Assembly (NCBI GenBank): GCA_964578525.1
Contig: CAZODG010000003.1
Location: 1-36,101, forward strand
Direction: 5' to 3'
DNA: 36,101 bases
Source: an uncultured Actinomycetota bacterium
GTDB lineage: Bacteria; Actinomycetota; Humimicrobiia; Humimicrobiales; Humimicrobiaceae
Shown: positions 27,080 to 36,101 of the stretch, in pieces
How the letters are laid out: each line of letters starts with the position of its first letter
How positions within the stretch are numbered: the stretch's first letter is position 1
Notes under the pieces: generated by a model
Told to the model about the DNA's origin: nothing
The model's database searches: none
Seen by the model: the letters and a program-made list of their open reading frames with translations, nothing else
Position numbers and translations under genes: made by a program

Positions 27080-28006
27080 ATGTCAAAAATATATGAAGAT
27101 ATCACGAAAACTATTGGGAGCACCCCGCTCGTAAGAATAAATAACCTGACAAAAGGCTTAAATGCGACTGTTCTGGTAAAACTGGAATCGTTCAATCCTC
27201 TTTCAAGCGTCAAGGATAGGATTGGGGTCTCCATGATCGATGCTGCAGAAAATGAAGGTTTGATAAATAAAGATACGGTTATTGTAGAACCCACGAGTGG
27301 GAATACCGGTATTTCGCTGGCTTTTGTGTGCGCTGCAAGGGGATATAAATTGATTCTGACCATGCCGGATACGATGAGCCTGGAACGAAGGCAGCTTCTC
27401 AAGATATTCGGAGCCGAACTCGTCCTGACGGACGGAGCAAAGGGAATGAAAGGAGCGGTGGAAGAAGCGGAGAAAATTCAGAGAGAGACTAAAAATAGTT
27501 TTATGCCCCAGCAATTTGAGAACGCTGCAAATCCTGAAATACACAGGAAAACAACAGCAGAAGAAGTATGGGCCGATACCGATGGAAGCGTGGATATTTT
27601 TGTTTCCGGGATAGGTACCGGAGGAACTATTACCGGCGTAGGGGAAGCATTAAAAAAGAAAAAACCATCCATCAGAATAGTTGCAGTGGAACCGGCAGAT
27701 TCCCCTGTTCTTTCAGGTGGAAGTCCGGGTCCCCATAAAATACAGGGAATCGGAGCAGGATTTGTCCCTGAAGTATTGAATAAAAATATAATTGATGAAA
27801 TCATAAAAGTTTCTAATGAAAATGCAGGAATTGCAGCCCGAAGAATTGCAAAAGAGGAAGGAATTCTGGTGGGTATATCCAGCGGAGCTGCTTTGTGGGC
27901 AGCAATAGAGGTTGCCAGAAGACCGGAATCCGATAAAAAATTTATTGTGGTCCTTTTACCCGATACGGGTGAAAGATATCTTTCTACGTGGCTGTTTCAG
28001 GAATGA
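27080..28006 (+). CDS. cysK: Cysteine synthase A
   Basis: Motifs [29 protein letters not shown] and GERYLST. Confidence 0.97.
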   Translation: MSKIYEDITKTIGSTPLVRINNLTKGLNATVLVKLESFNPLSSVKDRIGVSMIDAAENEGLINKDTVIVEPTSGNTGISLAFVCAARGYKLILTMPDTMSLERRQLLKIFGAELVLTDGAKGMKGAVEEAEKIQRETKNSFMPQQFENAANPEIHRKTTAEEVWADTDGSVDIFVSGIGTGGTITGVGEALKKKKPSIRIVAVEPADSPVLSGGSPGPHKIQGIGAGFVPEVLNKNIIDEIIKVSNENAGIAARRIAKEEGILVGISSGAALWAAIEVARRPESDKKFIVVLLPDTGERYLSTWLFQE

Positions 28007-28049
28007 TATTTTTATAATTATCAATTATATGTAAAATAATTACAGGCGG

Positions 28050-29189
28050 ATGAATATGAAAAATGCAGCAGAAATAATCGAAACAAAATATTTTAATTTT
28101 GCCGGACCTCCGGATGAGATGCTGCTGGAATCGGGGGAAAAATTGGGCCCGATCACAATTGTATATGAGACATATGGCAGGTTGAATGAAAACAGAAACA
28201 ATGCGGTCATGGTCCTGCATGCACTGTCCGGAGATGCTCATGCTGCCGGATTTCATAAAGGAGATAAAAAACCGGGTTGGTGGAACGATATGATAGGTCC
28301 GGGTAAAGCTTTTGATACCGAAAAGTATTTCATTATATGTTCCAATGTTATCGGAGGATGCAAAGGAAGCACGGGCCCGTCTTCATTGAACGAAAAGACA
28401 GGCAAGCCTTACGGACTGGACTTTCCGCATATTACAATATCCGATATGGTCAATGCTCAAAAATATTTGCTCGACTATCTGGGAATAGAAAGGCTGCTAT
28501 GTGTAGTAGGAGGTTCGATGGGAGGAATGCAGGTCCTGCAGTGGGTTTCTTCTTACCCGGAGAGGATTTTATCTGCTATCCCAATGGCCACGACATTAAA
28601 ACATTCACCGCAGCAGATTGCGCTTAATGAAGTTGGAAGACAGGCAGTGATGTCCGATCCCGATTGGAAGGGCGGCGATTATTACGGCAGCAATCAGCCT
28701 GAAAGGGGGCTGGCTCTGGCGCGTATGATCGGGCACATAACCTATATGAGCGATGAGTCGATGGAAAACAAATTTTCAAGGAAGCTTAAAAACGGCAGTT
28801 ATAATTTTTCATTCAAACCTGAATTTGAAGTAGAGGGCTATTTGCATTACAGGGGAGACAGTTTTGTAAAGAGATTTGACGCAAACTCTTATCTCTATAT
28901 AACCAAAGCGCTGGATTATTTTGACCTGTCGTCAGCAGATAAGTTTTTACCGGCTGGCAGAAAAATCGATACCAGGTTTCTGGTCATAGCTTTTAAATCC
29001 GATTGGCTGTATCCTTCATACCAATCCAGAGAGATTGTCAGAATGCTTAAGACAAGACGTCTGGATGTTACTTATTGTGAAATAAATTCAACTTATGGCC
29101 ATGATGCCTTTCTTCTGGAGTTTGTGGAAGAGACCCGTTTGGTCAGTCATTTTTTAAACAGGGTGCATGATAATGCAAAAAATAAATAA
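28050..29189 (+). CDS. metX: Homoserine O-acyltransferase (MetX family)
   Basis: Motifs [37 protein letters not shown] and GHDAFL. Confidence 0.95.
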   Translation: MNMKNAAEIIETKYFNFAGPPDEMLLESGEKLGPITIVYETYGRLNENRNNAVMVLHALSGDAHAAGFHKGDKKPGWWNDMIGPGKAFDTEKYFIICSNVIGGCKGSTGPSSLNEKTGKPYGLDFPHITISDMVNAQKYLLDYLGIERLLCVVGGSMGGMQVLQWVSSYPERILSAIPMATTLKHSPQQIALNEVGRQAVMSDPDWKGGDYYGSNQPERGLALARMIGHITYMSDESMENKFSRKLKNGSYNFSFKPEFEVEGYLHYRGDSFVKRFDANSYLYITKALDYFDLSSADKFLPAGRKIDTRFLVIAFKSDWLYPSYQSREIVRMLKTRRLDVTYCEINSTYGHDAFLLEFVEETRLVSHFLNRVHDNAKNK

Positions 29190-29784
29190 TAAGATAATAA
29201 AACCGGATCACCGGATCATATTTGATATTGTGGAAACAGGTTCAAGTGTACTCGATCTCGGATGCGGCGGCGGGGAACTTTTAAATCTTCTTGTTAGGGA
29301 GAAAAAAATAAAGGCACAGGGTATAGAGTTAAGAGAAAAAGCTATTTATGAATGTGTCGAGAAAGGATTGAGCGTATTCCACGGAGACATAGAAGGCGGT
29401 CTGGGGGAATACCCGGATGATTCTTTTGATTATGTCATATTGAATCAGTGCATGCAGGAAACCAGAAAAATAGAGTTTGTGCTCAGGGAATCGTTAAGAG
29501 TGGGAAAAAAAGTAATAGTGGGATTTCCAAATTTTGCATATATCCGGTCACGTTTTAGCCTTTTTTTTGGGGGGAGGGCGCCGGTTACCCCATCTCTTCC
29601 GTATAAATGGTATGAATCACCGAATGTGCATTTCTTAAGCATAAAAGATTTTAAGGGTTATTGTAAGGAAAAGGGAATAAATATAATAAAGACATACTAC
29701 ATCGGAAGCAAGGGTCTTATAAGGTGCTTTCCCAATCTGCTTGCTCTAAATGCAGTTTTTGTTTTAGGTAAATCGCCGAGGTAA
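29167..29784 (+). CDS. metW: Methionine biosynthesis protein MetW
   Basis: Motifs [22 protein letters not shown] and GRAPVT..LPY.WY..PN; overlaps the metX end. Confidence 0.93.
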   Translation: MIMQKINNKIIKPDHRIIFDIVETGSSVLDLGCGGGELLNLLVREKKIKAQGIELREKAIYECVEKGLSVFHGDIEGGLGEYPDDSFDYVILNQCMQETRKIEFVLRESLRVGKKVIVGFPNFAYIRSRFSLFFGGRAPVTPSLPYKWYESPNVHFLSIKDFKGYCKEKGINIIKTYYIGSKGLIRCFPNLLALNAVFVLGKSPR

Positions 29785-29846
29785 GCAGCTGCTCAGAATC
29801 GAAAATGAATATTTAAAAAAAGGAATGATCCTTTAATTATCTTTTT

Positions 29847-32156
29847 TTATTCATATAACATCTGATAGAAATAATAATTCCCCATTACTATTTTTACATA
29901 TTCCCTGGATTGTTCGTAAGTGATACTTTCTATGAATTCATCGATATCCATATTGCCTCTATCGGCAACCCAGCCGCTCATTCTTCCAGGACCGCCGTTA
30001 TAGGCTCCCGCACAGTAGAACTCATTCTGCCCGAAGTTATCAAGCTGTTGTCTTAGATAAAATGTACCCATCCTTATATTCGTATCAGGATCGAGAAGCA
30101 TATTAACATTGTAGTTTGAAATACCGATCTGGCTGGCAATACTTTTTCCAGTTGCCGGCATGATCTGCATTAACCCCTGCGCTCCTGCGTAAGAGCCGGC
30201 ATCAGGCTGAAACAGACTTTCCTGCCTTATTACGGCCAGAGTAAAAAGCGGGTTAAGGTTATACTGGCTGCTGTATTTCTGGACGATCTCTTTAAAGCCA
30301 TAGGGATAATAAAGATAATATAGATAATCGCTGCGGGATTCATCTAATCCGGATTTTAACTGCTTAAAATTCTTATAGATAATCCTGATAGAACTTGAAT
30401 AATCTTTTGATTTCAAAAATAGTGTGGCTATTTCCAGAGTTCTGGCGGGATTTGCTTCTATCTCGCCGCTTCCTGCTTCTATTTCAAGCGACGCGCTGTT
30501 AAAAAATTCGAGTTTAAGAAATTCTATAGCTTTATTTATATGATCTACCTCGCCGTTTTCAATGTGGCTGTCTCCCTCCAGTATAGAATATATGTCGGGG
30601 AGTATATATGCGATCCCGGGATTTTCGGGATTTAGTCCAGTGTTTATTCCTTCGATCTGTACCTCTTTATTCATTTCCTCAAGCATTCTTGCTGAAGCAA
30701 AGGTATAATAAGAATAAGACTTTAAATCTACGATTTTTTTATATAAAACTGCTGCCGTATTGTTATCACCAAGCTTCTGATGGCATTTGGCCTGCCAGAA
30801 AAGCCCCTTTTCCTCCAGCGGAGTGTTTTTATAGGAGGAAGCGTAGCCGGAAAAGGTGTTTTTAGCAGAATTGTAATTTGCCGACCTGTACTGTATCAAA
30901 CCGAGTTCCCATAATGCATCTGGCAGTTTATCTCCATTTGGATATTCATTCGGTACTCTCTGGAAATAAATGGCGGCATTGGTAAAATCATCCTTCAATG
31001 AGTATATCCTGCCTGTCCTGTAAAGCGCATCATCGCTGTAATTGCTTGCCGGGAAGGTCTGTATAAGTTTCTGGTAATATGAAATGGCATCTGTGTCCTG
31101 GTTCAGATTGGTAAGGGCTCTCCCCAGAAAATAGAGATTGTCGTCTGCCACAGAACCTGATGAGTACTTTTGATAGGATTGAAGCAGGAAGTCTCTTGCT
31201 TTGCTGTATTCCCCCATATTGAAATAGCACATTCCTTTTTTATATAATGCCTTGCTGTAAAGATCCTGTGACAGGCTGTTCAGGTAATCTCCCTGCAGTA
31301 TCCTGTTAAATTCATCAAGAGCACTGCTGTAATGATATATGCCTAAAAAAATCTCTCCCCTTGAGTAAATTTCGAATGCTGTGGGGACAAATGGTTCGAT
31401 AGAGCCTTCTTCCGCAAGCCGGTTCAGATTCTCCAGGGCAATTTCTGAATAATTGCCAAGCGGGTATTTTAGCCATATTTTTTTGTAATTCCCGGCAGCA
31501 AGATCTTTTTTCCCGTTCCTTTCCTGGCAGTAGGCCAGCTGGTATAGAGAGTAAGGCACATACGAGGAATCAGGGAAGCCGGCAAGAAAATTCGTATACT
31601 CGCTTTCGGCAGTTATGTAATCTTCCTTGATATAGAATACATCAGCATATTCCAGATTGGCGGTTTCTGCCCAGATACTTTCAGGATAATTTTTTATTAT
31701 TTTCAGATAATATTCTTCTGCCTGATAATACTTTTCCTGTGAAAGGAGAATTTTTGCCATATAATAATAAATATGGTCCTGCAGCAGCTTATAGTCGTCT
31801 TTTATTTTATTTAAATAATATTCTGCAATGAGGTAAGAACCTTTATCAAAATAGTCCATGGCCTGGGTAAAAAACAACCTTAGTTCTGTAATATCCATAG
31901 CATCCGTACCTGTACCAGCGATGCCTGTTTTTTGTTTATCGGTTTCGGTGCCTTCCTGAGGAGAAATACCGCTTTCCTTATCTTCGTTTTCGGTTCCATC
32001 GATATTATTTATATCCTGCTCTGCTGTTTCTTCTGCGGATTCTGTTTCGGAAGTCTCAGTGTCCCTGTCTTCGCATCCCTGTACGGCAAAAATAACCGGG
32101 AAAACCAGAACCACGGATATAAAGAATATAATAATTTTTACAATTTTACTTTTCAT
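29847..32156 (-). CDS. TPR-repeat soluble lytic transglycosylase (Slt-like) lipoprotein
   Basis: VQGC lipobox, acidic linker, many TPRs, and C-terminal IRQES, AQGLMQIM and AYNGG motifs. Start ATG 32156 (or TTG 32159). Confidence 0.92.
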   Translation of the reverse strand: MKSKIVKIIIFFISVVLVFPVIFAVQGCEDRDTETSETESAEETAEQDINNIDGTENEDKESGISPQEGTETDKQKTGIAGTGTDAMDITELRLFFTQAMDYFDKGSYLIAEYYLNKIKDDYKLLQDHIYYYMAKILLSQEKYYQAEEYYLKIIKNYPESIWAETANLEYADVFYIKEDYITAESEYTNFLAGFPDSSYVPYSLYQLAYCQERNGKKDLAAGNYKKIWLKYPLGNYSEIALENLNRLAEEGSIEPFVPTAFEIYSRGEIFLGIYHYSSALDEFNRILQGDYLNSLSQDLYSKALYKKGMCYFNMGEYSKARDFLLQSYQKYSSGSVADDNLYFLGRALTNLNQDTDAISYYQKLIQTFPASNYSDDALYRTGRIYSLKDDFTNAAIYFQRVPNEYPNGDKLPDALWELGLIQYRSANYNSAKNTFSGYASSYKNTPLEEKGLFWQAKCHQKLGDNNTAAVLYKKIVDLKSYSYYTFASARMLEEMNKEVQIEGINTGLNPENPGIAYILPDIYSILEGDSHIENGEVDHINKAIEFLKLEFFNSASLEIEAGSGEIEANPARTLEIATLFLKSKDYSSSIRIIYKNFKQLKSGLDESRSDYLYYLYYPYGFKEIVQKYSSQYNLNPLFTLAVIRQESLFQPDAGSYAGAQGLMQIMPATGKSIASQIGISNYNVNMLLDPDTNIRMGTFYLRQQLDNFGQNEFYCAGAYNGGPGRMSGWVADRGNMDIDEFIESITYEQSREYVKIVMGNYYFYQMLYE

Positions 32157-32186
32157 CAAATTAGATGATGGTTAAAAACTAAGGAG

Positions 32187-32215
32187 ATTTTACCCTACAA
32201 TGTTCTTATTGTAAA
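32187..32215 (-). promoter_or_regulatory. Putative promoter for the slt-like gene
   Basis: Minus strand reads TTTACA-17-TAAAAT. Confidence 0.55.
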
Positions 32216-32342
32216 TCAGGCAGACAGCCGGGTCATGGTGATAAGGATACTAAAATAGTATAATTTATAACAAATACTGATTTTAAAAATAGGTAATTAT
32301 AAAACTACTTTTATCCTCAGATAGCATGAAAGGAGGATTATT

Positions 32343-33281
32343 TTGAATATTCTTAGAAGAAAAAGAAAAGTCGGCATAGCATTAAGCGGTGGAGCAGCAA
32401 GGGCACTTTCCCATATCGGAGTTCTGGAAGTGCTGGAGACACTCGGAGTCAAACTTGATGCAGTGGCCGGTACAAGTATGGGGGCTATAATCGGCGCATT
32501 TTATTGTTCCGGGATAAGTCTTGAAGAGATTAAATCATTCGTAAAATCCATGAACTGGAGGAGCTTCATGCTTTTCTCCGATCTTGCAGTGTCCCAAAAC
32601 GGCATTATCAATGGCCGCAGAGTCGAGAACGTACTGAAAAAATTCCTTGGGGATAAAACATTCAATGACTGCAGGATACCTTTTTGCTGTGTTGCAGCGG
32701 ATCTGATTAAAGGAGAAAAAGTGATATTATCCAAAGGAAAATTAGTCGATGCGGTCAGGGCCTCTATTTCTATCCCCGGCTTTTTTTCTGCCGTATGTAT
32801 GGACAACCGCATTCTTGTAGACGGAGGGTTGATAGAACCGCTGCCCACTGAATCCATAAGAACAAAGGATGTTAATTTCATAATAGCCTCATCTATCAGG
32901 TTTGATAAAGACAGGGAAAAATATAATAAATTTTTCTTAGAGAATAAAGGAGATTTCAGAACAACCGGGGAAATTCCACCCATTGAAATAAAGAATGATG
33001 CTGAAACCGGAAGACGAAGATTTCGTGATCAAAAAAAGACACCCCGGTTAAAGAGGAGAGGTGCGGTAAGACTAACGGTCAACAACATAATAGATACCAG
33101 TTTCAATATCATGAGTCATGAAATCACCAAAAACTATCTTAAACTCGCAGATCTGGTAATAGAATCCGAAGTGGGAGATTTTGGTTTTTTTGACCTGATG
33201 CATGGAAGCCAGATTATTCAAAGAGGGGTGGAAGCTGCCAGGGCGAAGATTCCCGAAATCAAGAGAAGATTGCGTCTATAA
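32343..33281 (+). CDS. Patatin-like phospholipase (RssA-like)
   Basis: Motifs LSGGAAR, GTSMG, RASISIPG and VDGG; TTG start after SD AAGGAGG. Confidence 0.92.
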   Translation: MNILRRKRKVGIALSGGAARALSHIGVLEVLETLGVKLDAVAGTSMGAIIGAFYCSGISLEEIKSFVKSMNWRSFMLFSDLAVSQNGIINGRRVENVLKKFLGDKTFNDCRIPFCCVAADLIKGEKVILSKGKLVDAVRASISIPGFFSAVCMDNRILVDGGLIEPLPTESIRTKDVNFIIASSIRFDKDREKYNKFFLENKGDFRTTGEIPPIEIKNDAETGRRRFRDQKKTPRLKRRGAVRLTVNNIIDTSFNIMSHEITKNYLKLADLVIESEVGDFGFFDLMHGSQIIQRGVEAARAKIPEIKRRLRL

Positions 33282-33483
33282 TAATTTAGTCAGAAAAGTC
33301 AGTCAGATTCTCTCTTATTGTCGAACACATTAATACAGTTCCTCATTTCTACTGCCTTGAAATGTCAGCTGAAATCTGTTAGGGTAAAAAGAGCTTTTGC
33401 TTAAATAGGCAATTTGTCGATAAATTCTTATTTATAAATATTAAATATTGTTAAAAATAAACACTATTGGAGTTGATTAAAAA

Positions 33484-34965
33484 ATGAGCGGGCTGGCAGG
33501 CATTATCAGTTTAGAAAAAGACAGAAAGAACAAAGAAAAAATAAATATTCTTCTTGATAAAATATCACATAGGGGTAGAAAAAGAAGAGTTTATAATATT
33601 TGTGGAAATTATATCGGGATTAATGCCGATTATAAACAGAAGAACCGGATTGGTAGAAGAGTAATTTTACTGGATGGAAAAATTTATAATCTGGATAATC
33701 TGTTTTTAAAATATAATCTACAGGGAAATTCTGAATTAATTTCTGATGTAAATAAAATAAACATTATGTTTAACACTATAGGGAAAAAGATATTCAGAGA
33801 ATTTAAGGGCTCCTTTATTATAATCCTGGCAGATGCGAACGGTAATATTTATATGAGTAGGGATGTTATTGGTAAAAAACCTCTTTATTATTTTAAAGCC
33901 GATGGAGTTTTAATGTTTGCTTCCGAAATTAAATCATTGATTGGTTTCAGTAAAGATATTTACGAACTGCTTCCGGGATCATGTATGTTGAATTTTGAGA
34001 GTCCAAAAACAATAAAAACAATTGATACCGATGATTTTTCTTTATTTGAAAATCAGGAGGAAGAAGAATTGGAAAATAGGTTGGAGAATTACCTCCTGGA
34101 AGCAGTGGATAGAAGGATATCCAACAGTAGTTTAAATTTTGGGGTGTGGTTAAGCGGTGGACTTGATTCAAGCATAGTTACAGCTCTTTTGAGAGAATTT
34201 ACTGACAATGTATATACATATTCGGTTGGATTTGAAAATTCACCGGACCTTATATCGGCAAGAGAAGTTGCAAAATATCTTGGAACCATACATACCGAGT
34301 GCAAGCTGACCATAGATGAGCTTTTTTTAGATATCCCCAGAGTCATATATTGTTTAGAGTCTTTTGATGCTCCGCTGGTCAGAAGTTCACTGGGTAATAT
34401 AATTGTTTCAAAAATTTCAGCTTCTTCCGATATTATCTTTTCAGGTGAAGGCGGAGATGAGCTCTTTGGCGGATATAATTACTTTTTAGAGTTTAATTCC
34501 TCAAAGTTGATTCAGCAAGAAATAATAAAAGCTATAGGCGCACTTCATAATACTGCATTACAAAGGGTTGACAGAGTGGCAAATGCTTATGGTGTTAATA
34601 TAAAGCTCCCCATGTTAGATGAAAGGTTGCTTGATTTTGTCTTAAGGATACATCCCGATAAAAAGGTAAGAAAAGATAAAAATACAGGAAAATATATACT
34701 GCGGAAATTAGCCGCTAAATATTTACCTGAAAATATTGCCTGGAGGGGAAAAGACAAATTCTGGGAGGGTTCCGGAATAGAGAATAACATGGAAAGTAAA
34801 ATTAACACTATAATAACGGATCAAGAATTCATAAAAAAAAGAAGACTGCCTGGTAATGTAAAATTAAGAAACAAAGAAGAAGTTTATTACTATAAGGTAT
34901 TTAAAGACTGCTATTCTGATGTAGATTTTAATAACTTCATATCCCTTACCCAGGATTTTAGTTAG
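33484..34965 (+). CDS. Asparagine synthetase-like ATP-dependent amide ligase lacking the glutaminase Cys
   Basis: N-terminus MSGLAGII; motifs HRG, DGKIYN, RD.IG.KPLYY, LSGGLDSS, SGEGGDELFGGY and KYILR. Confidence 0.85.
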   Translation: MSGLAGIISLEKDRKNKEKINILLDKISHRGRKRRVYNICGNYIGINADYKQKNRIGRRVILLDGKIYNLDNLFLKYNLQGNSELISDVNKINIMFNTIGKKIFREFKGSFIIILADANGNIYMSRDVIGKKPLYYFKADGVLMFASEIKSLIGFSKDIYELLPGSCMLNFESPKTIKTIDTDDFSLFENQEEEELENRLENYLLEAVDRRISNSSLNFGVWLSGGLDSSIVTALLREFTDNVYTYSVGFENSPDLISAREVAKYLGTIHTECKLTIDELFLDIPRVIYCLESFDAPLVRSSLGNIIVSKISASSDIIFSGEGGDELFGGYNYFLEFNSSKLIQQEIIKAIGALHNTALQRVDRVANAYGVNIKLPMLDERLLDFVLRIHPDKKVRKDKNTGKYILRKLAAKYLPENIAWRGKDKFWEGSGIENNMESKINTIITDQEFIKKRRLPGNVKLRNKEEVYYYKVFKDCYSDVDFNNFISLTQDFS

Positions 34966-35095
34966 ACCTCTTTGAAGGGTAAAAATGCTCTGGTATTCAT
35001 TTTATGACTATGTATTGTTTTGCCGCTTATTATATAATAAAAAGGTGAAAATCTTTATGCTGGATTAATATATTTATTTATAAAGGAGCGGTAAT

Positions 35096-36101
35096 ATGAA
35101 TAAAATTCGCCTTGGAATAATAGGACCCGGTTTGATTTGGGAATGGGCGCATAAGCCTGTTTTAAAAAAATTAGAAGATAAATTTGAAATAGCCGCATTC
35201 TGTGCCACAAGCGAAAAAAACAAAAACAAGATAAACCAGGAATACCCGGTGATGCCCTTTTATAAGGATTATAAAGCACTGCTCAGGGAACCGTTTATAG
35301 ATGCCGTGGTAATACTTACTCCCATACCGTTAAATCCGGTAATTGCCAATGCTGCTTTAGAGGCGGGTAAAGATGTAATAATGGAAAAGCCTATGGCTAC
35401 AAATGTAAAAGACGCAGAAGAGCTGGTCAGGAGAGAAAAAAAGACAGGGAAACGGATTTTCATTCTGGAACAGTTCGTCTATAAAAACTTTACGGATGAA
35501 ATAATGAAAGTAATAAATTCAGGCAGACTTGGAGATATCCTTGTATTTGAAAAAGTCCACCATGAATACATAGGGTACAAAGAAGGCACAGAGGATTACG
35601 GGAACACAGAGTGGAGGATCAATCCAAAATATCCTCTGGGAATGCTCATGGACGGTGGTATCCATGAAATCGCAGCACTTTCTAAAATTTTTGGTAAGCC
35701 CCGGAGCGTTTATGCGGCAGGAGTCAAATACAGGCAGGATGGGTATGGGGATTATGATTACCAGTCCATGGTTTTTGGATATGGGAATAATTCAATAGGT
35801 GTTTTCAGTAATTCGTATTACCTTGACGGGCAAAGGAACTATTTTATTATAAGAGGGACAAAGGGCCTGGCATTCTTTGAAAATGGATTGGAAATCACAG
35901 TAGAAGAAAATAACGGCAGGCGAGATATCATTAAATTAAAGAATGAAGATCCTACTTATAAAATGTGGGAAGATTTCAGTAATTGCCTGGAATCAAACTC
36001 AAAACCCTATTATACAACGGAGAAAGCTCTGGATGACCTTCAGATCCTCGAGGCAATCAAGAAATCTCTGGAAAATGGGACCAGAATAAATGTCGATTTC
36101 A
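35096..36101 (+). CDS. Gfo/Idh/MocA-family oxidoreductase (3' end beyond window; missed by the ORF track)
   Basis: MNKIRLGIIGPG...IDAVVILTP...GKDVIMEKPMA...GMLMDGGIHEI; SD AAAGGAG; open to the window end. Confidence 0.92.
   Translation, partial: MNKIRLGIIGPGLIWEWAHKPVLKKLEDKFEIAAFCATSEKNKNKINQEYPVMPFYKDYKALLREPFIDAVVILTPIPLNPVIANAALEAGKDVIMEKPMATNVKDAEELVRREKKTGKRIFILEQFVYKNFTDEIMKVINSGRLGDILVFEKVHHEYIGYKEGTEDYGNTEWRINPKYPLGMLMDGGIHEIAALSKIFGKPRSVYAAGVKYRQDGYGDYDYQSMVFGYGNNSIGVFSNSYYLDGQRNYFIIRGTKGLAFFENGLEITVEENNGRRDIIKLKNEDPTYKMWEDFSNCLESNSKPYYTTEKALDDLQILEAIKKSLENGTRINVDF

Noticed and set aside
28050-29189. MetX acting as serine acyltransferase in place of CysE
   Set aside because: It has the ALSG turn typical of homoserine-specific enzymes, not the GLSP of DcsE-type enzymes.
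29814-29846. Terminator between convergent metW and slt
   Set aside because: Only a weak AAAGGA/TCCTTT stem; not enough support to list as a feature.
33282-34965. Lasso-peptide cluster around the AsnB-like gene
   Set aside because: No precursor ORF, RRE or leader-peptidase gene adjacent.
542-35463. Numerous antisense and alternate-frame ORFs in the track (e.g. 1749-2303, 6934-7518, 11726-12235, 32501-32983, 35055-35279)
   Set aside because: They are shadows of well-supported genes, with no recognisable motifs.

Overview
AT-rich bacterial chromosomal window. L17 and RpoA carry Actinomycetota-type signatures, so this is most likely an unusually low-GC, deep-branching actinomycete (inference). 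Bases 1-8.2 kb hold the end of the spc operon, the alpha operon and truA-rplM-rpsI. The ORF track missed infA (ATT start) and rpmJ, and rpmD is absent between rpsE and rplO. Bases 8.2-20.8 kb form a cell-wall/amino-sugar region: an Orn/Lys-type racemase, an acetyltransferase-only GlmU, glmM, an uncharacterised HTH plus Pol-beta-like nucleotidyltransferase, nagB, DUF4282, SIMPL, glmS, acpS, nnr, a CBS protein and alr. Bases 20.8-25 kb encode lipoproteins, YhhQ, a degenerate DUF1287 protein and an ACT protein. Bases 25-29.8 kb hold an Rrf2-metY-cysK-metX-metW sulfur amino-acid cluster. The window ends with a TPR-Slt lipoprotein, a patatin, a glutaminase-dead AsnB-like ligase and a truncated Gfo/Idh/MocA oxidoreductase. 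No rRNA, tRNA, CRISPR array or mobile element was recognised. The best candidates for new biology are (1) the split-GlmU/GlmM/nucleotidyltransferase/NagB cassette and (2) an AUU-initiated IF-1 gene overlapped by a 4-codon uORF. All family assignments come from motif recognition by eye; no database searches were run.
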